A DNA stretch of 64,000 bases, from positions 22,315-86,314 of the IMG/VR virus record IMGVR_UViG_3300035156_000041; one strand, written 5' to 3'. Position 1 is the stretch's first letter, and every line of letters starts with the position of its first letter. Both the position numbers and the translations under genes were made by a program. Origin of the DNA: a virus. Below the pieces are notes generated by a model. That model was not told the origin of the DNA and searched no databases. It saw only the letters and a program-made list of their open reading frames with translations. Shown one piece after another: positions 56,390-64,000 of this stretch.

Positions 56390-56971
56390 TCATGTGCCAT
56401 GCCTTTCTGTGTAACCTGCACCTTGCTCATTAAGTTCTGTAATCATCTTAGCTCGGTATTCGCAAGCTAAGCGGAAAGCTTCATCGTTTCCATAATTGTT
56501 TAACGCGAACCTTTTGCTAAATCTTTTACCTGTAGAAGCGTCACACCAGTGGGCTACGTAGCCTTGTGTAATGCTACCATTTCTTTGCTTGCTATTCGTA
56601 AGGGTTACTCCAACAATTCCTGTTACATTATCGGACCTCAAAGTAGCATTCCTAGCATTTATTGCAGCTGACGCTAATCTCAAATTTTGTGGTGAGTTGT
56701 TTAAGCCATTGCCATCAATATGGTCAATGCCAAACCCTTCAGGAATAGGCCCATTAATGATTTCCCAGACTACCCTATGAGCTTGGAATCTTTTACCACA
56801 ACAGTACACTAGATAGTATGACTTTAGACCATTAAATGATCCAGCAGGACTCCCCACAGCCTCCCTAAGAAAATTTCCACCAGAGCCAGTTCGCCAGTCT
56901 GTTTTCCTTACTAGATGGCTCGGGCTTGTGCAGTCATATACGAACCAGTCATTAAAATTAATATTCATCAA
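56390..56971 (-). CDS. HNH homing endonuclease with AP2-like C-terminus
   Basis: AHRVVW..GPIP.G..IDHIDGN.LNN...NLR..N.RN; KRF...YG..EAFRLACEYR. Confidence 0.9.
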   Translation of the reverse strand: MMNINFNDWFVYDCTSPSHLVRKTDWRTGSGGNFLREAVGSPAGSFNGLKSYYLVYCCGKRFQAHRVVWEIINGPIPEGFGIDHIDGNGLNNSPQNLRLASAAINARNATLRSDNVTGIVGVTLTNSKQRNGSITQGYVAHWCDASTGKRFSKRFALNNYGNDEAFRLACEYRAKMITELNEQGAGYTERHGT

Positions 56972-58926
56972 TGGATTTCACTTCCTGATTTTCCAAACAT
57001 CACATCACACTTAATCTCTACGTTCAGCTTAAGAGAATCATTAACCTTTTTTAAAGCATCTCTAACAAGAGCTTCATACTCAACCTCCTCGCCCTCACCT
57101 AGACGAATCGCCTGATCGTCGTGAAACTGGCACATCAATTTGTAAGGAAGGCTTCGCTTCTTAGCTAAGTTGTAGCACTGAAACAGCCAGATATCAAAAA
57201 CGTAAGCTGCTGTGCCTTGCACAAGCGTGGAAAACTTATCTTTCTCTGTCCTTAACGAATACCAAAACTTATTAACAGGATTGATCTGCCATTGTCCAAA
57301 CGATGTGTTCTTCACTCTCATCAATGACGCGATCTTTGGCACAGACCAGTTAAGCTTGTTGTATGCTGTGTGAAGCTTCTTAGCCACCTTCTCAGACACT
57401 TTGCAAGATCGGGCCACAGTAGTAACACCTGCACCATATTGAAGGCTATACGAAGCTGTCTTCCCAACAGCACGAACTAAATCAAGGTCATGGAAGCGTT
57501 TATCGTTCTGAGATGTTTTATCAGCCTTGTCTAATTTCTTATAATATTTATACCACTCAGCGTCTTCATCTGACATCAAACCTGCCGTAGTTGCCATTAG
57601 CAAGTGTGGATCAAAGCCATGTGCCAATTGGGTCTTTACGTACTCTGGATCAATGGAGTGCTGAAAATGATTTTTAACATAATTTTCAACGCCGCTGAGG
57701 TCCGAGCCACAAAGTACTTCGCCATCTTCGCAAATCAGCAAGCTACGAATCTCTTCACCGTAAGCTACGCGAGTAGACGGCAAATTGCACAGTGGAATAC
57801 GGTGCTGCATGCGAATAGTGTTTGTGAAGCCGTTAGAGCTTGCTACAAGCATACCTTGAAATTCCTCCCGTAAGAATCCTGTAACGACGCTGTAACGGTG
57901 ATTCAAAATACCTAGTCCTGCCACATGCTCAAGGCCCGGTTCTTTTGGAATCAAATCTTTGACGCTCTGGCAAATCTCACCGCCTTTCAAATTAATCTGG
58001 GGAATCTGTCGAGTATCCCCATTATCTTCCTTAACGAACTTGAAGGTTTCGGGGGTCCATGAAAGGGAATCCAGCCATGATTTCATCTGAACATGCGAAG
58101 CCGGATTACCTTCTTTGTACTCAGTGACAACCTTAATATCTTCCTCATGCTCGAAGGGCAACCCTAATGATTCTGTCAAAGCTTTCCACTTCAGGCCAAG
58201 AGCAGACATATCACCATTCTTTGAGAAGCACTTTTTAGGACGTTTCTTAATCGCGTACACAGGAACCTTTGGCATAACTTCAATCAGTGCCAATGTCTTT
58301 GCTTCAATCTTTTCTGCCAACTCAGCTTGCAGCTTTTCAGCAGCGGGAATATCAAGCTTCCACTTAGTGTCCTGCTGCATGCGAAGGCAGTCCCCTTTCC
58401 ACATGAGATACTTCACCAGACGGTCATAGCTGCCCTCAGCAGTACCGTAAAGCTCTTGCAGACGCCTTACTTGACGGTGCCAAAGCTTCTTCTGGATTCT
58501 ACAGTCTTCCAGCACGCGATGGTTGTACTCCTCTTGAGTCTGATTCTCCCAGTCATCGATAATCGGCTTCGGAACTCCAAACTCTTCGCCATAGTATGCC
58601 AAGCCATGCATCATCCGTGAAGGTTCCAGATACCAAGACAAGAGCAGGGAGTCAATCCATACGGACTTGGACGTATCATATCCAAGGAATTGCAATGCGG
58701 GTTCGTCGTATGTCTTACAGTTGTGTACGATAAACGTGTGACCTTCATCAAGCCAAGCCTGCAACTCTTTACGCTGGCTACCTTCAAACAAAACCATCTC
58801 ATCACTATCGACGCTCAGAGAACAGAAGTTGTGCAACTTAGGGTTTTCCTGCACAGCCATCTGATCTAAAAGGCCACTCGTCTCACAATCGCTGGCGTAA
58901 ATTCCCAAAGCTTTCTCTCCTATCAA
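56968..58926 (-). CDS. family A DNA polymerase with 3'-5' exonuclease domain
   Basis: DCET, HN..YD exonuclease motifs; motif A DLSGVE, motif B R..GKTASYSLQYG, motif C FHDD. Confidence 0.93.
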   Translation of the reverse strand: MIGEKALGIYASDCETSGLLDQMAVQENPKLHNFCSLSVDSDEMVLFEGSQRKELQAWLDEGHTFIVHNCKTYDEPALQFLGYDTSKSVWIDSLLLSWYLEPSRMMHGLAYYGEEFGVPKPIIDDWENQTQEEYNHRVLEDCRIQKKLWHRQVRRLQELYGTAEGSYDRLVKYLMWKGDCLRMQQDTKWKLDIPAAEKLQAELAEKIEAKTLALIEVMPKVPVYAIKKRPKKCFSKNGDMSALGLKWKALTESLGLPFEHEEDIKVVTEYKEGNPASHVQMKSWLDSLSWTPETFKFVKEDNGDTRQIPQINLKGGEICQSVKDLIPKEPGLEHVAGLGILNHRYSVVTGFLREEFQGMLVASSNGFTNTIRMQHRIPLCNLPSTRVAYGEEIRSLLICEDGEVLCGSDLSGVENYVKNHFQHSIDPEYVKTQLAHGFDPHLLMATTAGLMSDEDAEWYKYYKKLDKADKTSQNDKRFHDLDLVRAVGKTASYSLQYGAGVTTVARSCKVSEKVAKKLHTAYNKLNWSVPKIASLMRVKNTSFGQWQINPVNKFWYSLRTEKDKFSTLVQGTAAYVFDIWLFQCYNLAKKRSLPYKLMCQFHDDQAIRLGEGEEVEYEALVRDALKKVNDSLKLNVEIKCDVMFGKSGSEIH

Positions 58927-59345
58927 TAACTAGCCAACTTATTCAACTGAGCCGAGTATTTCTTTACCCTTCCCATTTGCCCTGTCTTCAAACTCTCTTG
59001 TAAATTACACAGAGTATCGTGCATCTTAACCGTCAGCGCAATTTTGTTCTTAGAAACTTTATCAAGATACTCATAAGGGGCTTCACCAGCCACCTTAGTA
59101 ATAGCTCTCACAGCATTAACAATATTCGCTGAAAATTCCTCACCAAGCTGTTGCTCCATTACTTCAGTGTCTTCCAAGATATCGTGCAAGTAGGCTACAC
59201 AAATCGTGTCATCATCGTATCCAGCTTCAGCAACACTACTGGCAACTTTACTTAAGTGATACGAATATTGATGCTCGCCATACTTTTGTCCGTCATGTGC
59301 ATCGAAAGCCATATGCATCGCTTTCCAAACTAGCTCACCGTCCAT
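58923..59345 (-). CDS. HD-domain (p)ppGpp hydrolase-like protein (SpoT/Mesh1 small alarmone hydrolase type)
   Basis: AH.GQ.YG..Y..H, AYLHDILEDT, V.AITK, VKMHD..NL. Confidence 0.8.
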   Translation of the reverse strand: MDGELVWKAMHMAFDAHDGQKYGEHQYSYHLSKVASSVAEAGYDDDTICVAYLHDILEDTEVMEQQLGEEFSANIVNAVRAITKVAGEAPYEYLDKVSKNKIALTVKMHDTLCNLQESLKTGQMGRVKKYSAQLNKLASY

Positions 59346-59484
59346 TTAAACCTCCTTCACCAATTAGTCATCAATCGCCAAACAACCCTCACCACCGGAA
59401 CAGCCCCTGGGAACATCACCACAAATAGTCCCACAATTAGCCACACAAATAGCATGGCTTCTATGATGGCTTCAAAGAGCTTGG

Positions 59485-59712
59485 TCACAGTGCGCCTACC
59501 AGAATATACTTAAGAGCTAAGTATACACCGCACAGAAGAACCTCAGCCATAATAGTGGCAGCAAATCCCCAGCAAAACCCAAACACACTGCCAACGTAAC
59601 TCCGCTCCATAGGACTACAATCTTTGTGAAAAACGTACCAAGCGGTGTAGCCTCCTCCCAGCAGGCCTAGCAACAGGCTCATTCGCACAATGATATCTGG
59701 AATAATCATCAA
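59485..59712 (-). CDS. small membrane protein
   Basis: Two TM segments; GAGGT RBS. Confidence 0.6.
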   Translation of the reverse strand: MMIIPDIIVRMSLLLGLLGGGYTAWYVFHKDCSPMERSYVGSVFGFCWGFAATIMAEVLLCGVYLALKYILVGAL

Positions 59713-59819
59713 TACACCTCATCCGCACGGCTCATCCCAGCAGCCTTAGCATCCCCTTCCAGCAACTTCAACGCTTCATATCGCTGCGCAATATCTGGCA
59801 CGATGCCTGATGTTGCTAG

Positions 59820-60113
59820 TCAGCCAGAGGCGATTAGGCGATCTGCACGTTGCAGGGAGAGTGCTTGGCGGTAGCTTTTCTTCAGGCTCTTTTGAAGCTC
59901 AACAATGGCTGCAATCTTTGGCACAAGCTTGACAGACTCTTTGTGGTAAGAATATGCTTGAACCTTGCACTCATCCTCGGTAGCATAACGTTTCATACGC
60001 TCAGAATCTGACCATTGCTTGCGAGCATTTCGTGCAATATCAAGAGCGCGGTAAAGGTCTGCCAAAGCCTTGCGGTTGACCGTCAGTTGCCGCTGAGTTT
60101 GTGCTGGTGTCAT
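59820..60113 (-). CDS. hypothetical protein
   Basis: GAGGAG RBS; ATGA overlap. Confidence 0.7.
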   Translation of the reverse strand: MTPAQTQRQLTVNRKALADLYRALDIARNARKQWSDSERMKRYATEDECKVQAYSYHKESVKLVPKIAAIVELQKSLKKSYRQALSLQRADRLIASG

Positions 60114-60295
60114 TTCGTCTCCTCAAGAATGCTCAGAAAATAAGGTGCAGCAGCCTCGCCATACGTGTACTCATCTTCGTCAGGATTGAGCAGACGTGCA
60201 GCCTCGTTCATGAAGGCTTCTGGGTTTGCTCGGTAGCGTGCGTCCCAAGTGGTGAAGGCTTGCTGGATTTGCTTTGCGGTGAATGTGTAGGTCAT
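60110..60295 (-). CDS. hypothetical protein
   Basis: ACAGGAG RBS, after promoter. Confidence 0.75.
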   Translation of the reverse strand: MTYTFTAKQIQQAFTTWDARYRANPEAFMNEAARLLNPDEDEYTYGEAAAPYFLSILEETK

Positions 60296-60342
60296 TTGAG
60301 GCTCCTGTGTGGGTTGCCCTGTTGGGCGGTTAGTGTGTAAGC

Positions 60343-60371
60343 ATTGTATTACGTAAGAGGGTGGCTGTCAA
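60343..60371 (-). promoter_or_regulatory. sigma70-like promoter
   Basis: TTGACA-17bp-TACAAT. Confidence 0.75.
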
Positions 60372-60373
60372 GG

Positions 60374-60988
60374 TTAATCTGTAATATCTTCTGGATATGT
60401 AAACTCCCAAGTTCTCATTCTTTCGGTAACTCTTGGGTCTACGATAAACTCTCCTGAAATGAGTCTGCCGTACCACACCCTTGCTTCTTTATTTTTAGCT
60501 GCTATATATGCGCTCTTAGCTTGCTCTAAGGTTTTGTAGTACCCAACATGTTTCTTCCCATACTTCTGATTAACCTGCACTTTATACAGGTTGTCTCTAC
60601 TAAACCACGACACACCTTGTGGGTACTTTCCACGACTCTTTTCACAACTGCACAAAAAGCAATTCAATTCATTGGGGATAAAAACACAACTATCTGGCCC
60701 GTACTTTTTATTTCCTGTAGAGAGCAAATCCTTATCTAAGTGAAACCCTGAATCAATTCCAATTTGATCGTTAAACCAATCAGCAAAAACCTGATAATCG
60801 TAAAACTCAGCGGCCATTGTGCAGCCGCTATAAGTCGGTCTAATCCTCTGTACATACCCGCCAGCTTTACATCTAGACTTCATATGACTCCATACAGAAC
60901 TTGATTTAGTCCTGCATTGTTTCCCTCCCTCGTAGAAACTGGAGACCCACAAACCGTCTTTCTTGTAATCCGGTACAATACAAGCCAT
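60374..60988 (-). CDS. HNH/AP2 homing endonuclease
   Basis: W..M..RC, PTY.GC, F.DW, HLDKDLL..GNK.YGPDSCVFIP..LN, AP2-like HVGYY. Confidence 0.88.
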   Translation of the reverse strand: MACIVPDYKKDGLWVSSFYEGGKQCRTKSSSVWSHMKSRCKAGGYVQRIRPTYSGCTMAAEFYDYQVFADWFNDQIGIDSGFHLDKDLLSTGNKKYGPDSCVFIPNELNCFLCSCEKSRGKYPQGVSWFSRDNLYKVQVNQKYGKKHVGYYKTLEQAKSAYIAAKNKEARVWYGRLISGEFIVDPRVTERMRTWEFTYPEDITD

Positions 60989-61179
60989 TACATGCCCTCC
61001 AATTGCTTCAGCAACTTCCGTTTCTTAACAATCTTACGGGCTTCCTTAATCTTATTCACCATCTCATCTACTCCACGTTTTTGGTAGTAGATGAGGGTAG
61101 TGGTGATAATCTGTGCGTTACTAGCTTCTACGTGGTCAGCAAGCTCTTCGGTGGTGCAATTACGATAATCAAATGACAT
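60988..61179 (-). CDS. hypothetical protein
   Basis: GAGGAGG RBS, after promoter. Confidence 0.7.
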   Translation of the reverse strand: MSFDYRNCTTEELADHVEASNAQIITTTLIYYQKRGVDEMVNKIKEARKIVKKRKLLKQLEGM

Positions 61180-61201
61180 AAGGTGCCTCCTCTAAAACAC
61201 C

Positions 61202-61230
61202 ATTATAGCACAACCTGTACTATTTGTCAA
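61202..61230 (-). promoter_or_regulatory. consensus sigma70 promoter
   Basis: TTGACA-17bp-TATAAT with extended TG. Confidence 0.85.
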
Positions 61231-61237
61231 GCATTAA

Positions 61238-63013
61238 TTAAAACTCATGAGGATGCTCCTGCATATACAAGTCAAAATCGTGCAGTCGGTGCGTCATCTT
61301 GTCATAGTACAGCTTTCCTGCTGGCCCTGTATCAGCGTTAGCGCGGTTCTTAAGTAGCATGACTTCTGTGGTGTTGCGAACAATGTCCTCAGTAGCCATC
61401 TTATCTCGCTGCAAGCCAATGATTATAGACGCACTCTTGTAGAGCGTCGAGGTGCCCATAATCGATTCATCGCTTACAGCAGCGCCTCGGCTACCTTCCT
61501 TTTGGCCTGATGCAGCCTTCCTAATGTGGACTACGTTCAGCAAAGTTACGCCCGTCTCCTTAGTCAACTTTTTCTGCCAGTCCATGTGCATCTCTTGTTC
61601 AGAAATCGTCAGGCCGCTGAGAAGATCGCTTGTCACATCGATAAGAATTGCGGTGCAGCCCATTGCCTTAACCATCTCTTCAATCTTGGTCTGCATGACT
61701 TCCAGCTTCTCGCCACGGTCATCACACAATACAAAACGAGGAGAGCCATCTTCACGAGTAAAAAGTTCTTTAGCAGCTTCTTTAGTAGCCTCGCTAGACA
61801 TCATGCTGATGCGCTCGTCACGACTCTCAATACCCATATAGCGGGTCTTCGTGTAATACGAGATAAGATTGGCAGCATAATCACCTGCTGTGGCCTCAAG
61901 CGATACAACACCAAATCGCTCATTGTCGTTCATAATCCACTCAACAAGGCACTGGTTCAGAACCGTTGTCTTGCCAATAGATGAAGCCGCTGCAATCAGA
62001 ACAATACAACCACCTTTAGGGATACCGCCGCCAAGCATCCGATTCAACGTAGGAAGGAAGCTAGGCATTGGCAATCGCTCCATGCTGATGTGCGCCAACG
62101 CTGCATCATACAACTGGTCAGCAGTGTACAAGCCAGCAGGGGACCACGGCTTAGCATTCCAGTAGTCCTGCACAAACTCCTTTTCCTTACCTTTGGCAAT
62201 ATATGTATCAGCGTCTTTATAACGCATTTTCATAATAAACACACGACCACGTGGCAGAACTTTAGCCAGCTTCTCAGCGGCTTCTGCTCCAGCATCGTCC
62301 TGATCCATGCAAATCACAATTTTGGAGAACTGCATACAGAAATCATAACGGGACTGTGCCTGACGCGCTGCACCAGCTTCTCCGAGGGTACTACAAACCA
62401 CGGCAACAGTCTCAAAATTCATCTTGTCGCGGGCTTTTTGGTCGTCCAGCATCATCTGATAAGATGCCAACATTTTAATCTCGCCACCCGTAATCATGAG
62501 CGTGCGGGTATGGCTCTTGAAGCGGAACTCTCCCACGAAGTCTACTTCCTTACCTACTTGACCAATACTTTGGCTAAAGTCCTTGGGGAACACTCGTACA
62601 CGGTATCCACACAAATCTGAATCAATGGTAGTAGGCACGTACTGCTTGATTGGCTCACCTGTCGTCTCATCATACTCATAACGCACCCCGAAAAAGGTAT
62701 TAATGTCCTTGCGAATACCTCGATAGCCCTTGCCATCGTTTCCAGTGTAACTTTTAATCTGCTCGTTCTGCTCTGGCGTAATCTTTTCTCGTGTGCTCAC
62801 ATATTCCTCTTCGTCTGTTTCTTCATCCCAACCCATAGCTTCACGATGCTCCGCTGAAGGAATTACGAATCCGCAACTCCAGCAGAAAGCTCCCTTGTCG
62901 CCGCCATATACTTTTAGATTATTGCAAGAGCGGTCTCTACCATTCCTTGCACAACGTGGACACTGGCAGTTATGCTCTCGCTCTAAATCAATGCCCCATT
63001 TGTTTTGCATCAC
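61238..63013 (-). CDS. primase-helicase (T7 gp4-like)
   Basis: Zn finger CPRC/CWSC, TOPRIM GE..DQD, Walker A AASSIGKT, SLE, H.RK, LKNR..TG. Confidence 0.93.
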   Translation of the reverse strand: MMQNKWGIDLEREHNCQCPRCARNGRDRSCNNLKVYGGDKGAFCWSCGFVIPSAEHREAMGWDEETDEEEYVSTREKITPEQNEQIKSYTGNDGKGYRGIRKDINTFFGVRYEYDETTGEPIKQYVPTTIDSDLCGYRVRVFPKDFSQSIGQVGKEVDFVGEFRFKSHTRTLMITGGEIKMLASYQMMLDDQKARDKMNFETVAVVCSTLGEAGAARQAQSRYDFCMQFSKIVICMDQDDAGAEAAEKLAKVLPRGRVFIMKMRYKDADTYIAKGKEKEFVQDYWNAKPWSPAGLYTADQLYDAALAHISMERLPMPSFLPTLNRMLGGGIPKGGCIVLIAAASSIGKTTVLNQCLVEWIMNDNERFGVVSLEATAGDYAANLISYYTKTRYMGIESRDERISMMSSEATKEAAKELFTREDGSPRFVLCDDRGEKLEVMQTKIEEMVKAMGCTAILIDVTSDLLSGLTISEQEMHMDWQKKLTKETGVTLLNVVHIRKAASGQKEGSRGAAVSDESIMGTSTLYKSASIIIGLQRDKMATEDIVRNTTEVMLLKNRANADTGPAGKLYYDKMTHRLHDFDLYMQEHPHEF

Positions 63014-63016
63014 TCC

Positions 63017-63238
63017 TCACTCACTCTTAAACACAGTCATGCCAAAGAACTTTGAAAACTTAACCTTAGCCACCAAAGCCATAAGCACAATTACCAACGC
63101 AACGCCGCCAAGCCCCGTAACAATAATAGCCGTAAGCATTTCTGTGTCAAACTTTCGATCATCCACCCAGCGATAACCAATATAGGCTGCTGCAAAGCCT
63201 GACAGAAGCCAGCCTGCAATGTAAAGTGTAATCATCAC
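63017..63238 (-). CDS. small membrane protein
   Basis: Two TM segments. Confidence 0.6.
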   Translation of the reverse strand: MMITLYIAGWLLSGFAAAYIGYRWVDDRKFDTEMLTAIIVTGLGGVALVIVLMALVAKVKFSKFFGMTVFKSE

Positions 63239-64000
63239 TTACTCCCTTTGTAGCACTCACCCGGCACAAGCTTGCGGTACTGCACCCAGCCTGCAAAATT
63301 ACCTGACCAAAATTGTCCACTGCGATCTACATGGCTAATACCTTGCTCCCAAGATTCAGGGTCGCCCGGATCATTATCCGCCCACTCACCCGCTCCCGGT
63401 GAAAAGCTGTCTTTCATAGGCGAGGCTTGGTGTTCCAAAGCCCCAGCATGAATCTTATCCCCATTTACCAGCCGATCATACACTTGCAAGGATTTAGCAA
63501 GATCATAATCGGTATTCCGAAACGAAGTTGCTGCACAGCGAGCGCACGATACTTTGATAGCATCTCCCAATGTGTAATACTCGTAAGCTGGTGTGTTGTC
63601 ATGATGATTGGTAATCTCCTCGCAATACATTAACTTTTTTGTGGAGTAGTTCCGAAGGGTTGGCACAAAAGGCAAATGCCACTCACCCGCCTTCAACACT
63701 TGAGGCTTACTCTTCAAATGTGCCTCACGCATGCACTTAGCCTGCTCAGCCAACGTAGGATCAGCAGCCTTATCGTCCCTTAACCAATAGAAGTTCTCCG
63801 TTTCCGTGGCTGTCACGAGCACGCGAATCATCTGGAAAGGCTCTGTCAAGCGCCCACTAATTTGCTTGTGATAGCCTGCCTCAGCAAAACCTCGTGAAAA
63901 ATTCGTGGCACTGAGTTTGGCGAGTTTCCACCATTCTTCGGGCGTGTACATTCCATTGATAAGCTCGTTGTGTTCTCCGCCAGCTTGCATGCCTGACTGG
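63235..64000 (-). CDS. thyX: FAD-dependent thymidylate synthase, 5' end outside the window
   Basis: HKQI..RL.EPF, LR...A.P, WHLP, S.ARCA..S, H...EHQA.P, SGNF.GWVQYRK. Confidence 0.85.
   Translation of the reverse strand, partial: QSGMQAGGEHNELINGMYTPEEWWKLAKLSATNFSRGFAEAGYHKQISGRLTEPFQMIRVLVTATETENFYWLRDDKAADPTLAEQAKCMREAHLKSKPQVLKAGEWHLPFVPTLRNYSTKKLMYCEEITNHHDNTPAYEYYTLGDAIKVSCARCAATSFRNTDYDLAKSLQVYDRLVNGDKIHAGALEHQASPMKDSFSPGAGEWADNDPGDPESWEQGISHVDRSGQFWSGNFAGWVQYRKLVPGECYKGSK

Larger units (their letters stand above)
1..64000. mobile_element. Tailed dsDNA bacteriophage genome segment (siphovirus-type tail, own replication genes, probably lytic)
   Basis: Complete terminase-portal-capsid-tail-lysis operon plus PolA, primase-helicase, RNR and ThyX; no host housekeeping genes, sheath, repressor or tyrosine integrase seen. 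Confidence 0.97.

Noticed and set aside
49608-59345. 2-aminoadenine (Z-genome) pathway suggested by MazG-like, HD and PolA genes
   Set aside because: No purZ in the window, and the HD protein has SpoT-type rather than DatZ-type motifs
1-64000. Stop-codon reassignment, introns or inteins
   Set aside because: Core genes translate full length in the standard code at expected sizes; no suppressor tRNA or splice motifs seen

Overview
The whole window is part of a tailed dsDNA phage genome, most likely lytic, with a long non-contractile tail. The host is probably a Gram-negative proteobacterium, given two-component spanins and near-consensus sigma70 promoters; an Oxalobacteraceae-type host is only a guess from remembered tail-protein resemblance. 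Layout: (1) 1-2760, small early genes behind a row of sigma70 promoters. (2) 2760-3530, non-coding DNA with inverted degenerate short repeats (candidate terminus, packaging site or origin). (3) 3535-5535, a divergent HNH/AP2-like gene and serine resolvase pair sharing a res-like intergenic region. (4) 5538-9073, minus-strand accessory genes (SLOG protein, ClpP-like protease, PhoH). (5) 9321-44558, plus-strand morphogenesis and lysis operon: TerS, tRNA-Thr, a candidate structured ncRNA, TerL, portal, S49 protease, scaffold, decoration protein, MCP, neck genes interrupted by a 7-kb cassette of carbohydrate-active/binding proteins, tail tube, frameshifted chaperones, a 1892-aa tape measure, tail tip and fibres, endolysin, holins and spanins. 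(6) 44642-64000, minus-strand replication and nucleotide-metabolism arm: nrdAB, MazG-like protein, exonucleases, SSB-like protein, PolA, SpoT-like HD hydrolase, primase-helicase and ThyX. About seven free-standing homing-endonuclease-like genes are scattered through it. The best leads are the neck glyco-enzyme cassette with a shared C-terminal anchor domain, the 200-250 nt structured RNA before terL, and the resolvase/HNH module next to the repeat region. All calls come from reading motifs by eye; no searches were run.
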